Shown: positions 9,601-23,330 of the stretch, one piece after another | Numbering within the stretch: the first letter of the stretch is position 1 | How the letters are laid out: each line of letters begins with the position of its first letter | Source: Camelus ferus | Taxonomy: Eukaryota | Direction of reading: 5' to 3' | NCBI RefSeq assembly: GCF_009834535.1 | Contig: NC_045697.1 | Coordinates: 77,192,001 to 77,256,000 of the forward strand | DNA length: 64,000 nucleotides | Translations under genes and position numbers: made by a program | The notes under the pieces: generated by a model | What the model was told of the DNA's origin: nothing | Database searches by the model: none | Seen by the model: only the letters and a program-made list of their open reading frames with translations

Positions 9601-12600
9601 GTCATAATGGTATTCTGTTATGAATTGTCTTGCTCTAATACTTCATTCTGTCATTGCCTGTGATTTCATCTGTGAAATAGTGCTTATTTAAGAGTATCTA
9701 GTATTAGAACCCTAAAACCATTATATACTAGGCAACTTAAACTAACCTGCAGGCTGTAACCAATAGATAAACAAAATAGCATTATCTCAACCGTATTCTA
9801 AAAATATCTAATTTTTGATCCCATTTGACACAGTATTTTCCTGGTTTTTTAAGACAAATACTAGCTCTCTGTTCTCTGAGCTCCGTATGTAGACTGCGTG
9901 GCTTGGGACCCCCACCCAAATGTTTTACTGAACTGTTCATTGGTGTACCTTTTAAGAAACAGGCCAATGAGAGGTGGTAGTCAGTTAAGAGGTGCCCTTA
10001 ATGAGGACCCATGGGAGAAACTGCTGTCTAGCTTTAGTCTTAGAATCATTGGGTTTCTCCGGCAGGTGCTGGGTTTACTGTGCAGACTGAGGTTAACAGC
10101 CAGTGGTGGTCTCTTATGCACTGGCTGCCGGAAAGCTTAGGGTCAGATTTTCAACCCACCTGGTAACAGATGTGAAAGACCTTATGACGTGCATTTTCTG
10201 TGTTTACCATGCACGTGGTTTCATCTCCGCCTTTGTTTCTCCCTCCATTCATATCATCACCCATTTTTCTGTAATCATCTTTCAATTGGAAAGAGTGGTG
10301 CATAGGTAAGGGTTTGTTAAATTTCAAAAATCAGCTCTTTGGTGTTGGAACAAATCCAATCTGAGTAGTTAACGGTGGAAGTGGGGCAAAGCAGCCTCCA
10401 CATTGACACAGCCTCCTTGGGGCTTCACCTGTAGAAAGTTCGCCACATATACTGACTGCGTTGAATTGAGTTGCTGTAAGAATCTACTTTTGATGCCGTG
10501 GTTCTTTGTTTTGACTGAGATATGCTTGACAAACACGGTTGTCTCTTAAAGATGGTGGTCCTGAAGTTGTTTGCTCTTCTCTCACATTTTCATTCCTCCT
10601 ACCCTCACCTGTCCTAAATGTTACTATTTCCTTGCTACCTCCGCTGTCCTCAGCTGAGTAAAAGTAGAGTTTGGGTCAACTACTAAGGCCCGTTAAATCT
10701 CTTTATTCTGAGTTTCCCTATTTAAATTAACTCATAAATTGATGTTCTTTTATTTTACATCATTTTCCCCTTAGCTTACAGGTGCATCATAAAGAGAGTA
10801 GAAAGCATGAGTCCAGCTTTTTTTTGGCAGCTCTTTAGGGGATGATTGGGACTCTATCTAGGATTCACAATATTGTGAGAAGAGATGTGTGAAATCTCCA
10901 CTGTAAACCAAGTCCCTTGAAGAGAATTTCTCTGAGTAGATCTGAGGGCAAGAAATAGGGAGCAGTGAAAAGAGAGGCAAGAGATGGAGCAGGAGCTGAA
11001 ATTTTCATGGCCTGTGAGCAGAAACGAGAAGTGACATAAAACATTGACAAAAAACTGACAGCTGCACAAAGCTTTATTGTGGCAAAATTAAGGGAGGAAA
11101 AAGTCTCTAAGATTGGCAAGGGTCACATGGTGAGTATGAGTTCCACCTGAAGGTCTTAGGATGCTTACCAGATTGAATAGATGGTTTGGTTTATAAAACT
11201 GCTGTGGACCCAGGTGGTAATCCTAATATATTTAACTCCACTGAGAACTCCCAATTATTTTGTTGTAATAGGGGCGTTCTTTATAATGAGTGCCTTGCTC
11301 AAATTGCATTTCTGGGACCTAAAGATGAATTTGCTTATTTTCAACCTCTTAGGCATAGCAGTAAATAATAAATGTCCTGAACTCTGTTTGGAGGAAGGAA
11401 GGAGTTATCATTCTTCTTGACGAATCACTGTTGTTTTTCTGACTCTACGTGTATGTGTATGTCCGTGTGTGGTTGTCTCTTCTGTTAAATATTTTGTTTA
11501 GTTTTGGTATATGAGTTTCTCTGGTAGATGAGTGGGATATCTGAAGAGGGGATTTTAAAAGATGTTGGTGAATAACTGCTTTTTCTGCCAGTAATGCAGC
11601 TGGAATACAAGCACGCATTTTTATTAGACTGACAGTAATGTGACCATAAACCTTGAAAAAAAAATTTGTTTCAGAAGGTAAGTGCAAACAGATCAGCCTA
11701 GCATTGGATCCCTAAGCCCTTGCTAGAGGATATTTGTTGTCACATTTTGTAATTTGATAACTCATCTCTGCAACCCTGCTTTGGGAATGTCTCAGACAGT
11801 GTATCATAAAGCAGTTTTCATTTTTCAGGAGAAAGTACGGTTTCTTTTGATCTTGTAAATATGCTTTTATGGGTTTGTTATTAGTGAAACTAAGGTAAGA
11901 AAGCTTTAAAACACAACCTTCAGCTGATCCAGAAATCCTTTGGCCTCACCCCTCCAGTTCGGCTTTCTACTCCGTGCCCTACCAGTCCCACGATCCTGTC
12001 GCCATGTGCTAACTCCTCTTGTTGCATGTCCCTGTGAGTGTTTATAATGTTTCACAGGCAGCATTGCCCACCCCCCATCCTCCCTTCTTCACCCTCCTGA
12101 ATTCTACTCTTCCTCCAAGTCTGAGTCCCAGTACCCACCCCACCCCAGTGTTTGAGGTCTCTATTGGCCTCTACCCGCGGGATTAATTACACTGTCCTTT
12201 TCACGCCCACAGTATCTGCAGCATCTCATTCTACTGTGAATTGTAGTTGACTGGGTTCATGTGATTTTCCCACCTGGATTTTCTCAGCTTTTTGTGATCA
12301 GAACTGTTTCTCCTCATCTCTTATGGCCTCTGCCCTTCCACAGTAGGTGCATAATAAATGCTTGTTGGGTAAAAGAATGGAGGAATGGATGATAAAGAAC
12401 TAAATATTATATAGCCTGCCTTAATGATGTGTTCGCTTTAGGTCTTACATTCTCAGTTTCCTCCTCTCCACTCCATCTAGCCGGGGGAACACCTGAGGCG
12501 TTCTTATCTACCTCTCATGATATGAGCCTTGATCACTGAAGATTATTAAAAAGTTAATCCAGATAATGTTTATATGTATCGTGTTTTCTATTAAAGGAAA

Positions 12601-12964
12601 GCAGTAGTCTTCATTGTATTTTGGTTCTTTGTTTTATTTCAGATATGCTTTCACATCAGGATCTTTAAAGGACATGATCAACATAATTTAATGAAACATA
12701 AATTCTGTAAGGACCACTTGGCATAGAAATGTATTCTTGGCTATTCTGAAAGTGCGGTGGTGATTTAGGATGACTGTGGGGAAGGGAACGCTTTTCTCCC
12801 TCTACCAAGACTTTCCTAAATGGAATTCTCAAAGTATTAGATCATGTTGGTTTTAGTTTTGTGAAGTGCTGTTTTGTGACTGCCAAAAATTACTAGTGTT
12901 GATACTAAAAGCTTAATCATTAAAACTTACATAATTTAGAACAGTAATTTAAAAATCAATTATA

Positions 12965-13105
12965 GGAGTAGGCGGTATAGCTCATTGGTAGAGCATGTGC
13001 TTATTAGTGTGTATGATGTCCTGGGTTCAATCCACAGTGCCTCCATTAAGGAGGAAAAAAAAGAAATAAAATTAAGCTTTTTTTAAATAAGAAAAAAAAG
13101 TTTGA
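12965..13105 (+). mobile_element. Camelid tRNA-derived SINE with TSD
   Basis: GGTATAGCTCATTGGTAGAG...GGGTTCAATCC; TSD AAAAATCAATTATA at 12951-12964 and 13106-13119. Confidence 0.9.
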
Positions 13106-14779
13106 AAAAATCAATTATAAACATGTTTATTTGTAAAATACAATTCCTGGGCAAAATAGAAGATTAACCTTTTTGAAAACCCTGCCCCCTCAAAAAAAAA
13201 AAAAGGAATATAATTTTTGACATTAAGAAACATGCAGACCCTTTCCTATTACAAGGCCCCCATTACCATTCAGAAGTGGGGCATACTCCTTTGGAGCTTG
13301 GAGTTGCTGTGAGTAAGATTATCATCCATTGGTCTTCGTGCCTGGGGGCAGTTTAGGGAGTCCCTTCAGGATATGTAGCAGAATTTGTTAAGTGCTGTTA
13401 AATGTTCAAGTGCTGGATAGATAACCCTGGACAGTGGTTGCCATTCATCTGTTTTACTTATACAGCCTAGAATCTGAGTCTTTGAATAGACTTTTTATGA
13501 CTCTAGAAGGTTCATGCCATTGTCCCCATACTCCTGGACTTCGGGGGCCGAGTGGATGAACAGAACGGCCCCACGGTTCCTGCTGTTGCTGCTTGTGCTG
13601 CCATCACCCTCCCCAGCTCCAAGAGCTGCTTCTGGCTTGATTCCTAAAAGTGTTTTAGCTGAAAGTTTGGCCTCTGTTTTCCCCATCCTGGGGTTAGGTT
13701 AGTTTACTCTGAGATGTATGTAGATGCCACTTCTCTCACTTTTGGTCTTTCATAGCTGAGTCCTGGTCTGTCCCATTTTTGTTGCCCATTCTTCCCTTGT
13801 CCCTAAAGTGGGTTTTCACTCTTATCTAAGTCCTGAGATCTCAGCGGAGGAGTTGTGGTGGTTTATGCTAGGTCTGAAACCTCGCAGAGAAGATCCTTAT
13901 ATGTTACATGGAAGACTAGGTACCTACGTGTAAAAGAGAGATGTGTTCATTCACTAGTTGGCTGGTAAGTCAAACATCAGAGATGATACTAAAAGAATTC
14001 AGAGAAAAAACATCATTAGAAATTGAAAAGATGAAAAGAGGTGAGATTTCTCAGCTCTGAGAGCAGGATAGGGAAGGGTTTAGTAGGCACGTTTGGAGAA
14101 GGAAGAAAGGGTATAAGCACAGAGAGTGGAATCTGAAGGGGGTTGGAGGTCCAGTAGGCACTCTGATCGGGCTGCAGGGAGTATTCTCTGTGAAGGGTGG
14201 TCCTTGATTTGACTTGGATTAGAATTTTAGACTTCATTTTAAAACCTTACAGTAATTGTGTTTATTAAACTCTGTATCTCAGACTGATACCCTGCAGAAC
14301 ATTGATTCCTGTGATGTTACAGAAAAACAAATTCTCTGTCCTTACAAGTTTGAAGAATTCTGGGCTAAGCCATACCACGTTAAATGGTTTCTTCACTACA
14401 CACCTCTGCTCATGGGCATCAGCACAGTCTCAGAGTGGGAAGGCTGATCACGGACCTCTGTTATTCCACAACAGTCCTAATAACTTCTCCCAGAAAAGTG
14501 GTGCACAGGATGCAATTTTGGAGAACACTGCATTAAAAAATTAGGTTGGGGATGGATTATGTTGAAAAACACATGAAATCCTCTTACTTCCTCGCCTGTT
14601 TCCTCAGGCCTAACTAATCATGCCACTCTGGCAAGTGTATTGGACCATTCCTAATGCTGCATTCTTCAGCCTCCTCTGAGCCAGTATGTGACCAAGTTCT
14701 GGATAATCCCACATGGCATAGAAGTGTAACTTCGGGTTCACATCTTTAATTAAGAAACTGACTTCTCTCTTCTACCATT

Positions 14780-15020
14780 TTCTCCCTCCCATTGGGCTAG
14801 AATATAGACGTGGAAGGGGTGAGCTAGCCTGGACCCTGTGGAAGCATACAACCCTGTCGGTGATGGTGGAACAACCAGATAGAGGGGACCTGGACCCCTG
14901 GATGGCAGTAATGTCCTCTTACTCACCCTCAACTGCCTACCTACTAGAAAAGCAAACATCTCTCTCCAGTCCCATGTGTTTTGGGGTCTCTTTGTTACAG
15001 CAGCTTAGCTTGTGCCTTAT
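14780..15020 (+). mobile_element. MaLR LTR remnant (MLT1J-like)
   Basis: 3' end TTTTGGGGTCTCTTTGTTACAGCAGCTTAGC resembles the MLT1 terminus. Confidence 0.55.
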
Positions 15021-15344
15021 CCTGTCCAAGGAAAGAGCAGCCCAACCAGAAGTCTGAGAGGAGAGAGTCAAGCAGAGGAGCCAGAAAAGAAGTAGAAGAA
15101 CCAGAGAGATGATGAGACCGATGCTATTGGAGGCTCTCAGAAAGCACTGCTGCAGAAGCCCCAAGCATGGTTACCCATGGTTGAAACCTGAAACTGAAAA
15201 ATGACCAATGCATGGATAGAATGTGTTTTATAGAGCCATCTCCACCTGCTATGCATGTGTTTTATTCCTGGTTAAAAGTCCATCTTTGACTTCATGGCTT
15301 CATAAATAAAACCTGTCTTGGTTACTAGATGAGAACCATCTTCT

Positions 15345-16660
15345 TTTTTTCTTTACACTGAGATATAATTGCCATAATACATTATATTAGTTTCAGGTAC
15401 ACAGCATAATTGTTTGGTTTTCGTATGTTATGAAAAGATCATCACAAACCATCACCACACATAGTTATAATTTCGTTTCATGTGATGAGAACTTTTAGGA
15501 CTTACTCTTAGCAGTTCTCAAATACAGTGCAGTATTTTTTTATTGAAGTATAGTTGATTTACAATATTGTGTTAGTTTCAGGTATACAGCAAAGTAATTC
15601 AGTTATATATATATTTTTCAGATTCTTTATAGGGTAATAGAAGATAGTGAATTTAGTTTCCTGTGCTAGACAGTAAATCCTTGTTTATGTATTTCATATA
15701 TAATAGTGTGTCTGTTAATCCTGTGCTCCTAATTTATGCTCCACCTTTCCCCTTTGGTTTGTTTTCTATGTCTGTGAGTCTGTTTCTATTTTGTAAATAA
15801 ATTCATTTGTATTAGTTGATTCCACATATAAATGATACCATATAATCATCTTTCTCTTTTTGACTTACTTCACTTAGTATAATAATCTCTAGGTCAACCC
15901 ATGTTGTTGCAAATGGCAATATTTCATTCTTTATAGCTGAGTAGTATTCCCTTGTGTATATATATACCACATCTTCTTTATTCAGTCATTTTTTGATGGA
16001 CACTTAGGTTGCTTCCATGTCTTGGCTATACAATGCAGTATTATTAGCTATAGCCACCATGCTATAAATTACATCCCCAAGATTCACTTACTTTATAACT
16101 AGAAGTTTGTACCTTTTGACCTCCTTCATGTGTTTCACCCACCCCTCAAATGGCAGGATTTCCTTCTTTTTATGGCCGAATAATATTCCATTGTGTAGGT
16201 ATACACCGTATTGCCCTTATCCGTTCATCCATTGCTGGACACTAATGTGGTTTTCCTGTCTTGGCTCTTGTAAGTAGTGCTGTAGTCAACATGGGGGTGC
16301 AGATGTCATAACAGATAGTGTTTTCATTTCTACTTCCCAGAAATGGAATTGCTAGACCATATGGTAGTTCTATTTTTAATTTCTTGAGGAATCTCCCTAC
16401 TGTTTTCCATAGTAGCTGAACCAATTTACATTCCCACCAACAGTGCACAAGGGTTCCCTTTTCACTCCGTCCTTACTAATACTTGTTATTTCTTGCCTTT
16501 TTGAATATAGCCAAACCTCAAACAAATATGAGGTGATGCATCATTGTGGTTTTGATTTTCATTTCTCTGATTAGTGATGTTGAGTACCTTCTCACATACC
16601 TGTTGGCCATCTATATGTCTTCTTTGGAGAAATGTATGGTCAGGTCCTCTCCCCATTTTT
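15345..16660 (-). mobile_element. L1MA-like element (3' UTR plus ORF2 end) containing a nested younger L1
   Basis: Minus-strand ORF 16242-16448 encodes [29 protein letters not shown]; typical L1 3' UTR. Confidence 0.88.
15537..16027 (-). mobile_element. Younger 5'-truncated L1 nested in older L1
   Basis: TATTGAAGTATAGTTGATTTACAAT 3' end; TSD ATACAGTGCAGTATT 15522-15536 / ATACAATGCAGTATT 16028-16042. Confidence 0.85.
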
Positions 16661-16948
16661 TTCCCTATCTGTCCTTCCTGTCTGCCTATACTTTGCTCAT
16701 TTTACTACTTGTTTGGCACTTGTAGACTCCCTTTTATTAGGGCTTTTTGTGTATATTATCAGCATGCCTGCCTTCCCGCGTGAATATATGAATATATTTT
16801 TTCTCTGTACACTTATAACTCCTTAAGAGCATGTATTTTATCTTTGGGCATATATATGTGTATATATATATTTCTTTGGTATTCCCTATTCTGCTAGTAC
16901 AGGTGCTTGTAGTGGTGCTAAATCATGAGGTATAAGAAGATATAGGAA

Positions 16949-17163
16949 CTGGTGTTGGTAAACTTCTGTAAAGGTCCAGATGGTAAACATTTTAAGCTTT
17001 GTGACCTGTGGTTTCTGTTACAACTACTCAGTGCTGCCGCTGTAGTGCAGAAGCAGTTATAGACAATACATTAATCAATGGGCATGGCTATGTTCTAGTA
17101 AATTTTATTTACAAAAATGGCGATAGGCCAGATTTGGCCCATAGGCCATAGTTTGCCAACCTG
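16949..17163. mobile_element. MER58A-like hAT-Charlie MITE
   Basis: TIR-like ends TGTTGGTAAACT...AGTTTGCCAACC; internal GGCCAGATTTGGCCCATAGGCCATAG. Confidence 0.85.
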
Positions 17164-17739
17164 TGGTCTGTAGACTCTATATGAAGATTTTGGCAATAGC
17201 GATAGAAGATGCATCTGGATTTACAGTGGGATGAGAAGTGAATACATAAATAAGGGCCGATCACAAAGTCATGGTCACCTTACCTGGAGCTGGAATAACA
17301 GGAACTGGTCCAAGGGAAAGACAAGGGGAAGAATGGGAAGACGTCTAGGAACGTCAGCAGTTTTCCATGTTTAGACTTGTACCTAACTGTGAGGCCACGG
17401 TGCCTGGCAGGTGAGAGCAGGAGGAGCATGGACAGCTGGGACTGAGATAAGGAGCTGCTGCCTGAAATCAGGGGACAAGTCAGAGTCCTGTGGTTCATCC
17501 TCATTCCTGTGGGGGAGGTGACATGATGGGTGAAAAGTTGAGGACTTGGATGAGTGATGTTCAAGAGGCAGTGTGTTGGCCAGGCGTTTATTCTTCTAGG
17601 TTATTTCTCTCTGGAATTATTAAACCACGGACATCATTTCTCTTTCATTGGAACCCAGCTTTATAGCTTACAGTCAGTGCATGTTTTTCTTCCCTTTTCC
17701 TTCCCCAAACCTTTTTAAAAATGAATTTTCTATTATATC

Positions 17740-18180
17740 TGTTGATTAGAACTGTGCTGCTGAAACAAAAGACCCAGCAGTAATTAAACATCTGTATTCT
17801 TTAAGTCAGTTTTCCGTCTCTCAGGAAATGGTTCTGAGGTCAGCTTTTCAGGTGAGCTGTAGCTCTGCTCCACACAGTCACCCAGGGACCCTAAGCTGGC
17901 CGGTGCCGCCATCATCTTCAACACAGGGCTTTCAAATTCACAAGAGCATGGAAGGGTTTTTTAAGGCTTGCAAAGTGTTATGGGCTAGGCTTGGCAATGT
18001 CACACAACACTTGTGCTCACGTTCCAGTGAATATTTCATTGACTGGGTCAGGGGACCACATTGAGCTGAACAGGGGCTGAGAGATGTAGTCCTGGCTGGG
18101 GGCCACATTCCAGTGAAAACTTGACAACCGTGGAAGAAGGGAGAAAGGATTTTAGTGGACATTTAGCTGTTCTATTGCAG
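17740..18180 (-). mobile_element. MaLR LTR remnant (MLT1K/L-like)
   Basis: Recalled MLT1 antisense text (GCTCCACACAGTCACCCAGGGACCC...GTAGTCCTGGCTGGGGGCCAC). Confidence 0.55.
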
Positions 18181-19656
18181 CCCCCTTGGCCGGAAACAGG
18201 ACAGTTTTGCTTTTTGTGGCCACTCAATTTCCACGGCTCTGTTGTGCTTCGTTTGCATGTGCTCCTCAGCAGGAGAGATTGACAGGGAAACTTTATTTCT
18301 CCCTGGAAAACTTAAAAAGAAAATGGTGGAAATTCAGCATTTTTAATTTGGGCTAGAACAGGAACATCTGACACCTCACTGGGTTCATTATAAGCTGCCC
18401 TCGGGGCTGTAACTTAATAGGAAAGGGTGTGGTCTCACTTGTTCACTCCAAGCTAAGGAAGAGAAATAAATTCTAATGATTCAGTTAGGATTTGAAGCCA
18501 GAATTCAAGTTTATGCAATGACACCTGATAAGGAGGAAAAAAAGTATTTTTGAGAGAAGATGCTGACGATGTGGTCTTGCGGAAGGACTTCCTTTAGAGG
18601 AGTTGTGGTGATTAATAGTAAAGGGGCGGTAGTAAAAGTTATAAAGGTATCATAGCTAGCATATGAATTTAGTGGCATTTTGTAGGCTAGCCTATTATAA
18701 GTATGGTCTAAAAACAGAGAAATCTTAAACAGATACTTAGGATGGTTGAAAGATGCTAACTGTATGTCTTTGAATAAAATGTGTCTTACTATATAACATA
18801 TACCAAGACTGATCTGCTATAGTTCAGAGCATATTCAGAAAGAGATTTACTAGCATGACCTTGTGACCTTGTATAATGTCTCCTTACCACATTATTAGTC
18901 ACATCTTTTTGGCTTATACACAGGGTTTTTAATTTTAATTGATGAGGCTTGGATATCACTGTTGATCAGTCTTAAGTGCATAATTTTGATTGACTTTGAA
19001 ATATTAGAAGTGTTTTCCTTTCTTGTTGTTTTTCATGCACTTCAATATAGTTATTGTTTTATATAATGAAGTGGCTGGATTGCCGTAGATACCTCTATAT
19101 TCCTTGAACTTGTACACTGTGTTGTCCATGAAACATTAAATCAGGCTCCAGTGAAAGAGTTGACCAAAGGGCTATTATATATATATATATTAGGTAACAT
19201 ATAAAAAAACATACGTTAAATGTGTGTGTAGTTGGGAATATATAATGTCACCAGTATGAACATATTATGATACTATGAATTGGGCCTGGGCCTGGGCCTG
19301 GCTATGTCCAAACATAAAAGATCAGCCTAGGTCCTGTGGAAGTGTCTTTCTGGAGGCTTTTTTCTCAATCTCTACTGCAGCAGATTAATCTGGGCTTCGT
19401 AAGCATGTATCAACCATTGCTTTCAATGTAGTAGGAAAAAAAAACGATTCAGCAGTGCGAGAAGAAGGCAGTCTCTCCTGGTGGGGACAGAAAAGTGGAA
19501 GACAAGCAAATCCCGCCTGGTAGGCAGTTGTGTGCAAGGGATTTGGGCGTTGCAGTTGGCCCACAAGCCACCTCTGAACACTGACTTTCCAGAACGCTAG
19601 TGCAGCTCCTAACTCATTGGAGGGAGTTTGCAGAATCTTAATCACAACAAGTGATT

Positions 19657-19730
19657 GGGGGAGGTATAGTTCATTGCTTAGCATGCATGAGGTCCTGGGT
19701 TCAATCCCCAGCACCGCCATGAAAAAAAAA
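19657..19730 (+). mobile_element. Camelid SINE with internal deletion
   Basis: GGGGGAGGTATAGTTCA joined almost directly to TGCTTAGCATGC; TSD AATCACAACAAGTGAT / AATCACAGCAAGTGAT. Confidence 0.85.
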
Positions 19731-20112
19731 AATCACAGCAAGTGATACTCCTGTTACATTGCACCACGCTTGTCAGACTGCATCAGGGCCTTGTGTCTTG
19801 TCATTGGGACAGTGCTTTAGAAGGGATGCTGACAAACTGCTGGGACAGAGGTGCATTTAGAGGGCGAGTAAGATGTTAATAATTTACACTGAAGATGATT
19901 AAAGGGGCTGGACATTTTTAATCCTGTGAAAAGATAAAGAAGCAAAATATTTTCAAACATCTGAGAAGGTACCATGTGAAAGAAAGTTGTCATTCTGTGT
20001 TGCTTCAGAGCAAGGAAATCACTCCTAAGATTGGGCAGCATTGGTAGGCAGAGTTCAGCTCAGTTTAAGAAACTATATGTATATTCTGCCTGTTTGCCGG
20101 TGCATAGACTGC

Positions 20113-21430
20113 TTTTTAAAAAATTGAAGTATAGTTGATTTACAATATTAGTTTCAAGTGTACAACATAGCGATTTGATATTTTTATAGATAATACTCCA
20201 TTTAAAGGTATTATAAAATATTGGCTGTATCCTCTGTGCTGTACTTTACAACTTTGTATCTTATTTTATACCTAGTAGTTTATACCTCTTAATCCCCTTT
20301 CCTTGTCTTGTGTCTCCCCACAACCCTTCTCTCCAGTAGTAACCACTAGTTCTCTGTATCTGCAAGTCTGTTTCTGTGTTGTATTCATTTGTTTTATTTT
20401 TTAGATTCCACGTGTAAGTGAAAACATACAGTATTTGTTTTTCCTCTGACTTAACTTCACTAAACATAATGCCCTCCAGGTCCATCCATGTTGTGGCAAG
20501 TGGCAAAATTTCATTCTTTATGACTGAGTAGTATTCCATTGTATATACATACCACATCTTTTATCTGGCCATCTGTTGATGGACACTTAGGCTGCTTCCA
20601 CGTCTCAGCTGTTATAAATAATGCTGCTGTGAACATTAGAGTGCATATATGTTTTCAAATTAGTGTTTTTGTTTTCTTCAGATATATATCCAGGAGTAGA
20701 ATTGCTGGATCATATGATAGGTCTATTTTAAATTTTTTAAAGAATGTCCATACTGTTTTCCATAGTGGCTGGCACCAATTTACATTCCCACCAACAGTGG
20801 GCTAGAGCTCCCTTTTCTTCACATCCTTGCCAACATTTATTATTTGTTGTCTTTCTAATTATGGCCATTCTGACAGGTGTGTGAGGTGATATCTCATTCT
20901 GGTTTTGATTTTCATTTCTTTGATGATTCGTGGTGGTGAGCATCTTTTCATGTGCCTGTTGCCCATTTGTATGTCTTCTTTGGAAAAATGTCTATTCAGG
21001 TCTTCTGCGCACTTTAAAATCAGATTGTTTGGTTTTTTTTTGATAATTGAGTTGTATGAGTTCTTTGTATATTTTGGATATTGACCTCTTACTGGTCATA
21101 TTTTCAAATATCTTCTCCCAGTCAGTAGGTTGTCTTTCATTTCGGTGATAGTTTCCTTCACTATGCAGAAGCTTTTATGTTTGATTAGGTCTCATTTGTT
21201 TATTTTGCTTTTGTTTTCCTTGCCTGAGGAGACAGATCCAAAAAAATACTGCTAACACTTTGTCAAAGAATGTACCGCCTGTGTTTTCTTCTAGGAGTTT
21301 TATGTTTTCCAGTCTTACATTTAGGTCTTTTACCAATTTTGAGTTTTTTTTTTTTTTTTATGCTGTGAGAAAGTGTTCTAATTTCACTCTTCAACATGTT
21401 CTAGTTTTCCCAGCAACATTTACTGAAGAG
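20113..21430 (-). mobile_element. L1 (3' UTR plus about 1 kb of ORF2 end)
   Basis: Minus-strand peptides MWYVYTMEYYSVIKNEILPLATTWMDLEGIMFSEV and HCWWECKLV are L1 ORF2 C-terminal motifs; frameshifted. Confidence 0.92.
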
Positions 21431-21499
21431 CCTGGAGAGACTTCTCCTTAAATGCAAGACTCTTAGGTTACTAGACAAACTCAGGCAGAAGCTAGAGCA

Positions 21500-21742
21500 G
21501 CACCGGAGAATCCTCTGGTGCTGGAGATGCCTTCTCTGCTCCAGGAGCCTGCTTGGTGAAGACACCAGAAACAGGAAGCAAAACCCCTTTTCTTCCTTCA
21601 GTGTCTCTTCAGTGCCCCCTACCGACAAAATTTTAGTGCCAAGCAGCAAAGGAAAAATACTTAGAGAACCCAGATCCATTTTCACCAAGCAGTGGAAAAG
21701 GGTGGATTTGGAGCTTACGGGCAGTAAATTGATAACCATCAC
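21500..21742 (-). mobile_element. ERVL LTR33-like fragment
   Basis: GGGTGGATTTGGAGCTTACGGGCAGTAAATTGATAA is the reverse complement of the same LTR start seen at about 51235. Confidence 0.65.
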
Positions 21743-23189
21743 AGGAGGAGTGAGGCTTGGAAGTGGCAGCTGCACTCCTGGGTCAGGCCAAGGTGAGATG
21801 GGAGGCAGACCAGACTGGCTGGGGCACTGGTAAAGGAGTGGTAATTTTGAATACAGTGCTATAGTCTAGACCAGAAATCGGGGAACTTGACTGTTCTAGA
21901 AACAGAGAATCCAACCCAAACGGGAACAGATATGGCAGAGAGACAGCAAAAAAAAAAAAAAAAAAAGTATGAGATTTTTAAGTGTATGAGGAAGCTAGAC
22001 TGAGTAGAGAGGATGATGGAGAAGCCAAGAAGTAGGCTTAAGTAGGGGTGGTTGGAGCCTGGGTTGGGTCCAGGTCAAAATGTGAGGTCGGCTGAGGTGA
22101 CCTCTGAGGTTCCTTTCATCTCTGGTGTTCTGTGCGGCCCCTCAGGTGCACAGTCTTGACACCCATCACAAAGCCAGGGACTGCTGCAGTCTGAGGACTG
22201 ATCAACCCAAACAGCTAAAAACTGAATAACTGCTTGCTGTACATCCCTCACTGCCCGCCCCTTACCGCCTGTCGTCCCACCAAGAAAAGGCTTTGGGTTG
22301 TTGGTAGTGTATTAACCATTTAGTTGGGGTGGTTTGTGTTTTGGCCTTTTGTTTACATGATATCTTTAATCTTTCTGTGAAGGTTTGGGTTTAGAATGTT
22401 TGCTGGGAGGTGTCGCCTGGAGGCCACCCAGGCGTGCTGCTCGTAGCTTGTCGGTTAGAGCCTCAGCGTGGATGTGCTGCTGACAGGCCGTAGCCCTTCT
22501 TCGCATATAAAATTCGCTTTGTAATAAATCCAGGCAGTTTTGTTTAATTAGTTTATTCTATTTAGTGGGATTGTGCCGCCATTTAATTAGTGAAGTCTGA
22601 GTTTGTGCCAGCGACTAAGCTTTGTAATCAGCCGTTGTGATGTCTGCAATTATGTGGAAACGTCCAAGCCTAACCTCTCTTGCAGAGAAATTATATTATC
22701 TTTGAAACTGAATTAGGATGAAATATCTTGATAGTTATAATTATTCTGCTTATTTAGAGATATTAGATCTCAGAAAAAGTCTTTTATGGGTAGAACAGTG
22801 ACAATTTAAACTATTACTGTTATATTTTAGCATAGTAACGCTCTTGGTTTTGAAACTTTAGAAAACACCTTTGTGGTCTCTGCTAGTCCTCTCGCTTTCT
22901 CCTTACTCTTAAATACATGGTTACAGCAGAGTTGGCCATCTTAGTAGGCATGACTGTCATTCAGCTGATCACCTGACTGAGGAATTTGGAACTGGGAGTA
23001 GGATTGCTGTCTCTGCTGGCTGCTCTTTTGAATAGTGGAGTTGTACGCTTGGAGCTATCGGGTAATGATCATTTTCTACCATGAGGACCAGGAAGCAGTG
23101 CACATCATTTTGTGGCAGTAAAGCAGAATGACACTGATGTACAGAAAAAAAGAGAAAAGAAATATGGATCAAGAGGACTTCCGAGTCTT

Positions 23190-23330
23190 CTTTTTTTTCT
23201 TTTTCTTTTGGTTGGGGAGGTAATTAGGTTTGTTTGTTTATCTTTAAGGAGGTACTAGGGATTGAACCCAGGGCCTTGAGCATGCTAAACACATAGTCTG
23301 CCATTGAGCTATACCCACCATCCACCCCCC
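23190..23330 (-). mobile_element. Camelid tRNA-derived SINE with TSD
   Basis: TSD AGGACTTCC(G/C)AGTCTT at 23173-23188 and 23331-23346. Confidence 0.9.

Noticed and set aside
19281..19300. (TGGGCC)3 repeat
   Set aside because: Trivial short tandem repeat with no supporting context.
20261..20943. ORFs with clear protein-like motifs (also 4238-4471 and 16242-16448)
   Set aside because: Frameshifted L1 ORF2 C-terminal fragments, not host genes.
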